A DNA stretch of 24,000 bases, taken from assembly GCA_019058365.1 (NCBI GenBank), contig JAHPZE010000005.1, positions 225,619 through 249,618 of the forward strand. Reading direction: 5' to 3'. The translations under genes and the position numbers were made by a program. Source of the stretch: Promethearchaeota archaeon. GTDB lineage: Archaea > Asgardarchaeota > Lokiarchaeia > Sigyniarchaeales > SOKP01. Below, piece by piece: positions 17,479 to 24,000 of the stretch; position 1 is the stretch's first letter, and each line of letters starts with the position of its first letter. The notes beneath the pieces are model-generated. The model was not told where the DNA came from and did no database searches. It was given only the letters and a program-made list of their open reading frames with translations.

Positions 17479-18573
17479 TTAGAGAAGATGATCTAATGTA
17501 ATTTGGAGTTTTCGCGATTTTTGTCTCTGATGGATAAAAAATTCCCTAGAAGTAGTATAATTTTTTTCAAACATATCCAAGTTTTTCTCAACACGTTCTT
17601 TATTGAGATAATGTTCTTCACATAATAAAGATAATACTCTTGCTTTATTTGCTGGATTCCAAAATATATTGTCAATTTGTTCATTTATATCAGGAAACAA
17701 AAATATTTTTCTCACTTTTTTTATTATAACAGGATTTAACTCACTAAAATCGTAATTATTATATTCTTTTAGAATAAGGGTCTCAATGGATTTGTATTTT
17801 CGAATAAGTTGTAATGCTTTTTTTGATCCAATACCATCAATCCCTGGAAAATAATCGATACCAACTAATATCCCAATATCAATAAGTTGAAAAATTGAAA
17901 TCCCTAAATTCTTTAAATTCTTCTGTAAATCAATTGAGACTGGTTGTATCTTTTGGTATCTCCATTTTCCCTGAATTTTCCTTTTTAACGATTTCGAGAG
18001 ATTTTGAATAACATAAGGGCATCCAAATAAGAGTGAATCGAAATCTTGGGAATTTGAGAAATTTGCGATTTTTTGTTTTACTAAGAATGCACATTGAGAT
18101 TCTGCCGAAGCGGGAGAATCTATATAAGGAATACCCAAAGCCCCCAGAAGTTGTTTGGATTCTTCCATTATATTCTGCCACATATATTCTTTACTTAAGG
18201 CAATTTGTCTTGCTAAATCTCTATCATTCTTTCTTAAAGCTTGCTTATACCATTTTTGAATAAAAAGAAAATCTTTAAGTTGATCTTTTGTAATCACTTT
18301 TTTCAGTACAGAAACTTTTCCATCAAAACAAAAAATAGGAAATATTCTCTTACTATAATAAAAATTCACTCGATACAACAAACCATATAAGTGTGATATT
18401 GGTCGCTGAGTTCGGTCTAAAATTAATCCCGCGTCAGTTCCGTTTGAGCTTTTGCGCCTAAAGTTGAACAATCCCATTATGATATTCGGAGCATCAATCG
18501 CTATAATTTTACACTGTAAATCTTGATATTCAAGTTGCTTTCGAATTATAATGTTTTGAAGTTTAACTCCCAT
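17479..18573 (-). CDS. fen: Flap endonuclease 1 (FEN-1, XPG/Rad2 family)
   Basis: The N-terminus is MGVKLQNII...LQCKIIAIDAPNI. GLLYRV...FCFDG, SPASAESQCAFL and an H3TH region (GIDGIGSKKALQLIRKY) are present. The C-terminal QITLDHLL (17482-17505) fits the PCNA-interacting PIP box QxxLxxLL. Confidence 0.9.
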   Translation of the reverse strand: MGVKLQNIIIRKQLEYQDLQCKIIAIDAPNIIMGLFNFRRKSSNGTDAGLILDRTQRPISHLYGLLYRVNFYYSKRIFPIFCFDGKVSVLKKVITKDQLKDFLFIQKWYKQALRKNDRDLARQIALSKEYMWQNIMEESKQLLGALGIPYIDSPASAESQCAFLVKQKIANFSNSQDFDSLLFGCPYVIQNLSKSLKRKIQGKWRYQKIQPVSIDLQKNLKNLGISIFQLIDIGILVGIDYFPGIDGIGSKKALQLIRKYKSIETLILKEYNNYDFSELNPVIIKKVRKIFLFPDINEQIDNIFWNPANKARVLSLLCEEHYLNKERVEKNLDMFEKNYTTSREFFIHQRQKSRKLQITLDHLL

Positions 18574-18782
18574 GATTAAGAAATCTACCTCGTGTAAATA
18601 TAAAAAGAAAAAATGAATTTTAAAATTAAATTACCATCCCTTTATGAGATGATATAATCGAAAAAAGATTGTAAAGATATTTAACTTCTTCAGTTTCATA
18701 GTTCACCTATTATATATTTTTAAAGGTGAACAATTGATTGCATGAGAATATATAAATAAAAAATTGAGATTATAAAAAGGGG

Positions 18783-19025
18783 TTATTTATTAATATCGTC
18801 TTTGAGTGATTTTAAAAAAGCTTTACGTATTTTTTTATCTTTAAGCTCATCAAATGCATCCACAACGCCACTTAATTCTTCCTCTGCTAGAATATTTTCA
18901 TCTTCGATGTCACTCTCAAGATCTTCAATAAAAAAGTTCAAGTGACATTGATTACATTCAATATGATCATCATATACGATGACATCTTCCGATTTACAAC
19001 TTGGACAGTAATATTCTGAAGGCAT
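18783..19025 (-). CDS. Small zinc-ribbon protein, paralog of 10184..10444
   Basis: From the ATG at 19025 it reads MPSEYYCPSCKSEDVIVYDDHIECNQCHLNFF...ENILAEEELSGVVDAFDELKDKKIRKAFLKS. The 28-codon hydrophobic extension in the ORF track (to 19109) has no counterpart in the paralog. Confidence 0.6.
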   Translation of the reverse strand: MPSEYYCPSCKSEDVIVYDDHIECNQCHLNFFIEDLESDIEDENILAEEELSGVVDAFDELKDKKIRKAFLKSLKDDINK

Positions 19026-19357
19026 TCTAAGTATGAATATTATACAAAACTGGATAGTTACTAATATTATTATAACTAAGAATTTAAAATTATCATTACA
19101 AACAATCATAAAGCTTAAAAAGGGGAATTTGATGGGAATTTTTTCTCACCTTCTAAAACAGATTAATTTTTAGAATTATTTCATCTTTTTAAATAAAAAT
19201 CGAATTTTGAGAAGATGGCTTTTTTCTTTAAAAATATGTGAAGAAATTATTTTATAAAATTAGTACATAAAAGTGGTGAAACATCATCTCTAAAAAAAGA
19301 TATTATGACTCAATTGAAGTATTATATGATCGAAAGGCAACGTCACGAACATTAATA

Positions 19358-19672
19358 ATGATTATTTTTGGGATTGCTATATTTATACTTATATTTTTTC
19401 CATTCTATGGTTTTACTCTCAGATTTCATTTAGGATATATAACGAATAAAATTTTTGATACAATTGGGAGATTTTCTTTAATAGGGGGAGTATTTTTAAT
19501 AACATTATGTATTATCAGTCTAATTTTAGGAAAAAAGATTAGAGTGGGGTGGTTTATCGTGGCAATAGTGTTGCTATGGGTAGGATGTTGGTGTACAGGA
19601 ATAGTTCTTGACATCTGGGGATTTACTATTGGCAATCCTCAAAATACTGGAGGAGGAAGTGGATATTACTAA
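19358..19672 (+). CDS. Small integral membrane protein (3-4 TM), Gly-rich C-terminus
   Basis: The 104-aa product is almost entirely hydrophobic helices and ends in NTGGGSGYY. No family was recognised. Confidence 0.45.
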   Translation: MIIFGIAIFILIFFPFYGFTLRFHLGYITNKIFDTIGRFSLIGGVFLITLCIISLILGKKIRVGWFIVAIVLLWVGCWCTGIVLDIWGFTIGNPQNTGGGSGYY

Positions 19673-19727
19673 TTAAGTTCAAAAAAGCAATTATATTTGG
19701 TTTTTATTATATTTATTATTCACGATA

Positions 19728-19946
19728 TCAATAAATTCGAAAATATCTCAATCCTGTATTGATCCCGCAGACTGTTAGTAGAACAATTGAGACTACCACA
19801 ACACCTATCATTTTATGGCGCTGAAATTGTCCTAAAAATAGCCATCCAAGAATCCCAATAATCAATCCAAGCAGTCCGATTATTGAACCTATTGCCAATA
19901 GAAATTTAATTGCTTCTCCTATCTGATCAAAATAATCAAACATCAT
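19728..19946 (-). CDS. Small membrane protein (2 TM, 72 aa)
   Basis: I prefer the ATGATG at 19946/19943 (MMFDYFDQIGEAIKF...) over the track start at 20045. A TATA-like TATTTATAAATATAGG is centred about 27 nt upstream, consistent with a leaderless mRNA. Confidence 0.4.
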   Translation of the reverse strand: MMFDYFDQIGEAIKFLLAIGSIIGLLGLIIGILGWLFLGQFQRHKMIGVVVVSIVLLTVCGINTGLRYFRIY

Positions 19947-20063
19947 TATACTACTTAATAGGAGCCTATATTTATAAATAAAAAAACAAAGGGTTGATTT
20001 TTTTTCTTTAAATATTTGAGATTTACTTAATGTGTAAACAATCAAATATCTTGTAGATCTCGT

Positions 20064-20381
20064 ATGAGAAAACTATATGAAATTGGAATTTGCCCTAATT
20101 GTGATTGTACTATTTCAATTTTTAAAACTCAAAATTTTAAACGGTTTGCTAAATGTGAAATCTGTGGACTGTCTTATACTTTACCAAAAAGAGGGTCGAT
20201 TTCTAACTCAGCTTTAATTTGTTCAAAAAATAATTTTCCGTTATTAATCATTGAAAGACAACTTCAACCTGCTTACTTTTGGACAGATGGTCCATGTTTT
20301 AGCTGTGTAAAATATGATAAATGTGAAAATGTGAAAGAATTAATTACTGAATTTAAAGAACTAAAGGTGTATGGGTATTAA
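20064..20381 (+). CDS. Cys-rich zinc-finger protein (topoisomerase-type C4 zinc-finger-like)
   Basis: ICPNCDCTISIFKTQNFKRFAKCEICGLSYTLP resembles the CPxC...F..C..C pattern of zf-C4_Topoisom. A second Cys cluster (CFSCVKYDKC) follows. Confidence 0.45.
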   Translation: MRKLYEIGICPNCDCTISIFKTQNFKRFAKCEICGLSYTLPKRGSISNSALICSKNNFPLLIIERQLQPAYFWTDGPCFSCVKYDKCENVKELITEFKELKVYGY

Positions 20382-21438
20382 GAAGGTAATGTCTATAAAA
20401 AATTCTAAGATTGTAATAATACTATTTATAATTATATCTTTCATCTCGCCAACAATTCTCACTAATTCTATTAGAAACTTTAGTCTTAAAAACAGAGAAT
20501 CTGTTGAGAAACTACAACCACGTATGAGTGACGGTGAAAAGTTAGTGGATAAAGTTTTTAACTTTACAACTGACAGAGATTATGTGACCTTCTCTAATAA
20601 TATCTATTTCATTAAACCATATATCTATTATATCTCATTTCAAATCGTGACACCTCATGAATGTGATATGAATATTTCTTTATGGGACCCTGAAGGTGAT
20701 ATATATGATATTTATGATAGTCGTCCGAATACAACTCTGCTAACACAATTCGAATATCAAGAGATCCCCTTCGGAGTTGCTCTAACTGGAAATTATACAA
20801 TAAAATTCCAAGCTCATCTCACAGAAAATCTTAATATTCATATCAAAATTATAAATAGTGACTTACAATGTCTTCAAGATGTCATTGAGCCATCAGCTTT
20901 TAACAATAAAATTTTTTATCAAGCAAATAAGTTTAAAAATGGGGGGAATAACCCATTGCATAATGTAACTCTTAAAACGGATACTCTCTATAGATTCTAC
21001 TTTGGACGATATTCCCCTATAGCAGATCTAGCTCAGAGTGAGACAAGAATCTACTTTAATATAACATCCTCTATTGATATTCAATATAAAATCTATATAA
21101 ATAAAACATTACTAGGTGTTTGTCAAATAGAATTCTTTGATTTTGGAACTGCCGTCGATGGTGTTTATATTATTAATATGACAATTTATTGTATGGTATC
21201 TTGTGTAAATATTGCATATGCAATTGTAGAGGAAAGTAAAATTGCAGATGGTACTGATCCAAACGATCCCGATCCTCCACCTGATGATCCTGTGAATAAT
21301 ACTAAAAGTGGAATCGAAGTTAGTATTCCCGTCGAATTCACTGTCGGAACATTAGCATTCATAGGATGTATCGTAAGCATACCAATTATAATTGTAGTGT
21401 ATCAAAAACGAAAAAATCTATCAGGATTGAGTAATTAA
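20371..21438 (+). CDS. Predicted surface glycoprotein (N-terminal signal/anchor, C-terminal TM anchor)
   Basis: It has an N-terminal hydrophobic segment (IVIILFIIISFISPTIL), about ten N-x-S/T sequons in the ectodomain, a Pro/Asp-rich stalk (DPNDPDPPPDDP), and a C-terminal TM helix followed by a basic tail (VYQKRKN). It overlaps the preceding gene by 11 nt. An alternative ATG is at 20389. Confidence 0.6.
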   Translation: MGIKKVMSIKNSKIVIILFIIISFISPTILTNSIRNFSLKNRESVEKLQPRMSDGEKLVDKVFNFTTDRDYVTFSNNIYFIKPYIYYISFQIVTPHECDMNISLWDPEGDIYDIYDSRPNTTLLTQFEYQEIPFGVALTGNYTIKFQAHLTENLNIHIKIINSDLQCLQDVIEPSAFNNKIFYQANKFKNGGNNPLHNVTLKTDTLYRFYFGRYSPIADLAQSETRIYFNITSSIDIQYKIYINKTLLGVCQIEFFDFGTAVDGVYIINMTIYCMVSCVNIAYAIVEESKIADGTDPNDPDPPPDDPVNNTKSGIEVSIPVEFTVGTLAFIGCIVSIPIIIVVYQKRKNLSGLSN

Positions 21439-21546
21439 ATATAAATTAAAAAAATAAATTTCCTCCGCTTCTCAAGGAAATTGAAGACATCATAAAGAGG
21501 GGAATAGAAAAATAGAAAGAAATTGAGTGGATATGAACATAGATGA

Positions 21547-21927
21547 TTAAACTTTGCCATTCAATTTCAGGGCCGTATTCTGGATGTTGAATAAAGAATT
21601 GCTGGGATCTGCTTTAGGCATGATATAACACACAAGTATCCCTCCCTTAAATGGAGCTAACACAACATGCCCATTCCCTGCATTGTTTGTTCCTATTATA
21701 GCTTCAGGAGTATTATAAATCACCGCAAAATCCACTCCCATTAAATTGAGGGAGTTTCTACCCTTGAGTGCATTCAGAACAGTCTTTGATTCGTTGGTTA
21801 AATCCCAATTAGCACCTTTTTGATAAATAATTTTCCCTTTACTCGACATAACGGAAACAGCAGCTACTTTATACCACTCGAGTTCCACTAATTCATCAAT
21901 GATCTTTTCAACGTCAGTAATTACCAT
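21547..21927 (-). CDS. Profilin-like protein (Asgard-type profilin candidate)
   Basis: The 126-aa product has an N-terminal helix (EKIIDELVELEW), then VAAVSVMSSKGKIIYQKG, MGVDFAVIYNTPEAIIGTN and GNGHVVLAPFKGGILVCYIMPK, and a C-terminal helix (LFNIQNTALKL). This matches profilin size and secondary-structure order. The call is by eye only. Confidence 0.55.
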   Translation of the reverse strand: MVITDVEKIIDELVELEWYKVAAVSVMSSKGKIIYQKGANWDLTNESKTVLNALKGRNSLNLMGVDFAVIYNTPEAIIGTNNAGNGHVVLAPFKGGILVCYIMPKADPSNSLFNIQNTALKLNGKV

Positions 21928-22033
21928 TTGTAATTAACTCAAGGTTATCATCGTTTTTAAACCTATTATAAATAAAATGTAGCGAAATTCAATGGATTTA
22001 AATTAAGAAAAAATCTTTTAGAAATTCTTCTTA

Positions 22034-22537
22034 CTACCTAACATTCCACTGCATTGCACACTCTCCAACTCCACCTTTCTGGACACCTTCAAATCGAAGG
22101 TTTCTAAAACCAAACTTCCTTTTTACCTTAGATAAAATTCCCATCATGACCTGGGGAAACATACAAGCTGGACTCCCAAAATCATGGTACCTATAATATG
22201 TATTAGCAAAACACATTTTACAACTGTCTTGGTAAGCAAAAATCTTTAATACATTTCCTTTTTCATCTATTTTAACATCTACTTTCGCATTATCTGTGAT
22301 TGCCCATTCCTGCTCCAAAAATTCCCGTAATCTTCGTAAAAAATCATCAATAGTCTCGATACCATCCTCATTGAATTCTTTTCCAATAGTCCGCCCTATT
22401 TTCGTTAAAATCTCATCCTTTTTGTCAGCAGGAAGAGCTTTCTGTAAGGCATACCACAGTTTAAAAAAGGTGCCATAAGAAACCGTATCAAATTTAGTTG
22501 GTAAGGCATTAACCTCATCTTTCGTTAAAGTTCCCAT
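22034..22537 (-). CDS. V4R / TRAPP(Bet3)-like domain protein
   Basis: The C-terminal half has the V4R-type Cys pattern (DSCKMCFAN...GSPACMFPQVMMGILSKV...GVGECAMQW). Confidence 0.5.
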   Translation of the reverse strand: MGTLTKDEVNALPTKFDTVSYGTFFKLWYALQKALPADKKDEILTKIGRTIGKEFNEDGIETIDDFLRRLREFLEQEWAITDNAKVDVKIDEKGNVLKIFAYQDSCKMCFANTYYRYHDFGSPACMFPQVMMGILSKVKRKFGFRNLRFEGVQKGGVGECAMQWNVR

Positions 22538-22730
22538 TCTTATATATCACATTAAATTTTTAATTTATTTATTTAGATGATAAGAAGATCAAATCTTAAG
22601 GGTTCTGATTATTTAATATTAAAATTTATGGCTAAATGATTAAAAATATTGTGTATCTCTAACTGATTTTTTATGGTTTGAAAATCAAACAATTTTTAAA
22701 AAATTTTAATAAAATTAAAAAAAATTAGAT

Positions 22731-23186
22731 TTAAGAATTCATTAATGCTTTTGCATTATTTTGCCAATCGTTAATTGTCTTTGCTGAAGCTCCTGAGATA
22801 CTTGCTGAAAGTTCCTCTGGATCTGCTGATAATAAATCTGAAATTGTTTTTATCCCCTGAGAGTTTAAATTCTCTACTGCTCCCTTTCCGATACCTTTCA
22901 CTTGAATTAAAGGAACTTCTTCACTTGATTGTTGATTCGAAGCGTCATTAGATTCTTGTTTTTCATCATCTTCATATAAAGTTTCAACTTCAAAGTCTAA
23001 TCCTGGCGATTCAGGAGGTTCTACTTTATCTGTGTCAGCAACTCCTGCTCCTGTAATATAGAACTCTGCTTCTTCTGGTGGCAAATCTGGGGCATCTACT
23101 ATTACAGCTCTACGTTTCAATGAATTATTAGAAGAAAATCCTTTTGTTTTAAACATGACACGAAAGTGGCATCCGTGTGCTACTAT
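22731..23186 (-). CDS. radA: RadA C-terminal segment (in +1 frame relative to the N-terminal segment), followed by an acidic linker and a second HhH domain
   Basis: From 23186 this frame reads IVAHGCHFRVMFKTKGFSSNNSLKRRAVIVDAPDLPPEEAEFYITGAGVAD, the conserved RadA/Rad51 C-terminal block. Next comes an acidic stretch (DFEVETLYEDDEKQESNDAS), then LIQVKGIGKGAVENLNSQGIKTISDLLSADPEEL. The track reports only the part from the internal ATG at 23156. Confidence 0.8.
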   Translation of the reverse strand: MVAHGCHFRVMFKTKGFSSNNSLKRRAVIVDAPDLPPEEAEFYITGAGVADTDKVEPPESPGLDFEVETLYEDDEKQESNDASNQQSSEEVPLIQVKGIGKGAVENLNSQGIKTISDLLSADPEELSASISGASAKTINDWQNNAKALMNS

Positions 23187-23217
23187 TTAGAAGTGATTTA
23201 TGAAATATAAAATCACA
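23187..23217 (-). other. 31-nt intervening sequence inside radA (hairpin; candidate BHB-type mRNA intron, or a frameshifting insertion)
   Basis: The minus strand reads TGTGATTTTATATTTCATAAATCACTTCTAA. It lies exactly between the AAT (Asn of GGN) and ATA (Ile of IVAH) codons. Its length is not a multiple of 3. It contains a 7-bp inverted repeat, GTGATTT/AAATCAC. Confidence 0.6.
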
Positions 23218-24000
23218 ATTCCCTCCTATCGCGTCATCAGCTGAAAACATTCCCATCATTTTGGTGGCGACTTGATTTGTCAATAAAACAGCGCAATTAT
23301 AAGTTTCTGCAATACGGGATAATCCATGAATCATATTATTTAGAGCTGCTTGTCGAGGCGCCAGTTTTCCGATTCCAATATATTCTGCCCTCAATAATGC
23401 CATTAAGCTGTCAATTACTATGAGTCGCACATTTCGAGTCTTACAGAGTGTTTCTGCTTTTTGAATCATTTGAGATTGATGATCTGAAGAATAGATTCTG
23501 GCATGAAATATTTTTGAAAGCACATCCTTAGGATTCAATTCAAATCTTTTGGCAATTCGTTTAATCTTCTCTTTTGAAAAGGTATTTTCAGTATCAATGT
23601 AGGCGACAGAACCACTAATTCCCTCCCTCCTCTCTGGTAATTGCACTGTAACTGATAACGTGTGAGCCAATGCTGTTTTTCCAGACTTAAATGGTCCATA
23701 CACTTCTGTTAGTTTTCCAGTTTGAAATCCTCCTCCTAAGATGCAATTTAGTTCCGCAGAACCGGTTGTAAAATATTCGACATTTTCATCAATCTTAGCC
23801 GCAGGAGTAAAATCAGTCATACCTAGTGCGTTTCTTGCATTCCAGATGAGTTTTTTAGCAGTCTTATCACCTAATCCATCAATTGTAGCAACAGTTGAAT
23901 GAGGACTCATTGCTAAAGCTTCTGCTGTGCTTATACCATTCTCTTGTAGTAGTTTTATCTGGCGTGAGTTAATTCCTTTTACTTGATCTAAATCTGCCAT
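23218..24000 (-). CDS. radA: RadA/Rad51-family recombinase, N-terminal segment (HhH domain plus ATPase core up to ...AIGGN)
   Basis: The ATG is at 24000-23998, at the window edge. The N-terminal HhH is LDQVKGINSRQIKLLQENGISTAEAL, Walker A is GPFKSGKT, Walker B is RLIVIDSLMAL, and the L2 region is LTNQVATKMMGMFSADDAIGGN. After GGN this frame loses RadA similarity and stops at 23149. Confidence 0.9.

Noticed and set aside
19026-19109. N-terminal extensions proposed by the ORF track: 18783..19109, also 5441..5500 and 14604..14630
   Set aside because: The extensions start at non-ATG codons or overlap upstream genes, lack counterparts in the paralog or family, and better-placed ATG codons with a ribosome-binding site or TATA context exist downstream.
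2323-22478. Other short track ORFs nested inside or antisense to longer genes: 2323..2505, 5024..5227, 6478..6720, 7518..7748, 9219..9461, 10512..10712, 12364..12567, 13675..13869, 16459..16671, 17493..17684, 17930..18181, 18033..18263, 19426..19635, 20612..20800, 21186..21380 and 22296..22478
   Set aside because: Each is 60-83 aa and lies wholly within a longer ORF that has recognisable family motifs or better coding character. Their translations are hydrophobic or low-complexity strings typical of off-frame AT-rich DNA.
22574-22608. C/D-box-like pattern (AGAUGA ... CUGA) in the spacer downstream of the radA tail
   Set aside because: The C box deviates from RUGAUGA. Only about 24 nt separate the boxes, with no D' or C' boxes and no complementary terminal stem. 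Such short matches are expected by chance in AT-rich spacers.
1-24000. Search for tRNA, rRNA, CRISPR arrays, IS elements, integrases and toxin-antitoxin or known defence genes
   Set aside because: I saw no GC-rich cloverleaf-like islands with a T-arm consensus, no regularly spaced direct repeats beyond the 2-copy 43-bp duplication, no terminal inverted repeats, and no transposase- or integrase-like ORFs. The window looks like core chromosome rather than a mobile island.

Overview
AT-rich (about 30% GC by eye, not computed), gene-dense archaeal chromosomal segment with about 27 CDS. Spacers are short, ribosome-binding sites are of the GGAGG/GGTGA type, and terminators are oligo-T. RadA, a FEN-1 with a C-terminal PIP box and an RPA-like OB-fold protein mark it as archaeal. 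A profilin-like protein, a V4R/TRAPP-like protein, an MglA-type small GTPase with a Roadblock/LC7 partner and a longin-like protein together suggest an Asgard (Loki-type) archaeon; this is inference. Housekeeping genes are cysE-cysK, a PhzF-family isomerase, a radical SAM/SPASM protein, a DUF1848 protein, an ICMT-family methyltransferase, a CDF transporter and an Ldh_2-family dehydrogenase. I recognised no rRNA, tRNA, CRISPR array, transposase or integrase. Main observations: (1) radA is split by exactly 31 nt between the conserved GGN and IVAH codons. The insert folds as a hairpin, and both junctions fall in 3-nt bulges of a bulge-helix-bulge-like fold, so it is a candidate endonuclease-spliced mRNA intron. 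The repaired RadA would also carry an unusual C-terminal copy of its own HhH domain. (2) A tight Roadblock - MglA-like GTPase - NYN (Zc3h12a-like) RNase operon. (3) Two paralogous zinc-ribbon mini-proteins, a 43-bp tandem repeat in a divergent promoter, a 116-nt structured intergenic element, a CDF transporter with three tandem cytoplasmic domains, a zinc-ribbon-fused CysE, and a split small ORF absent from the ORF track.
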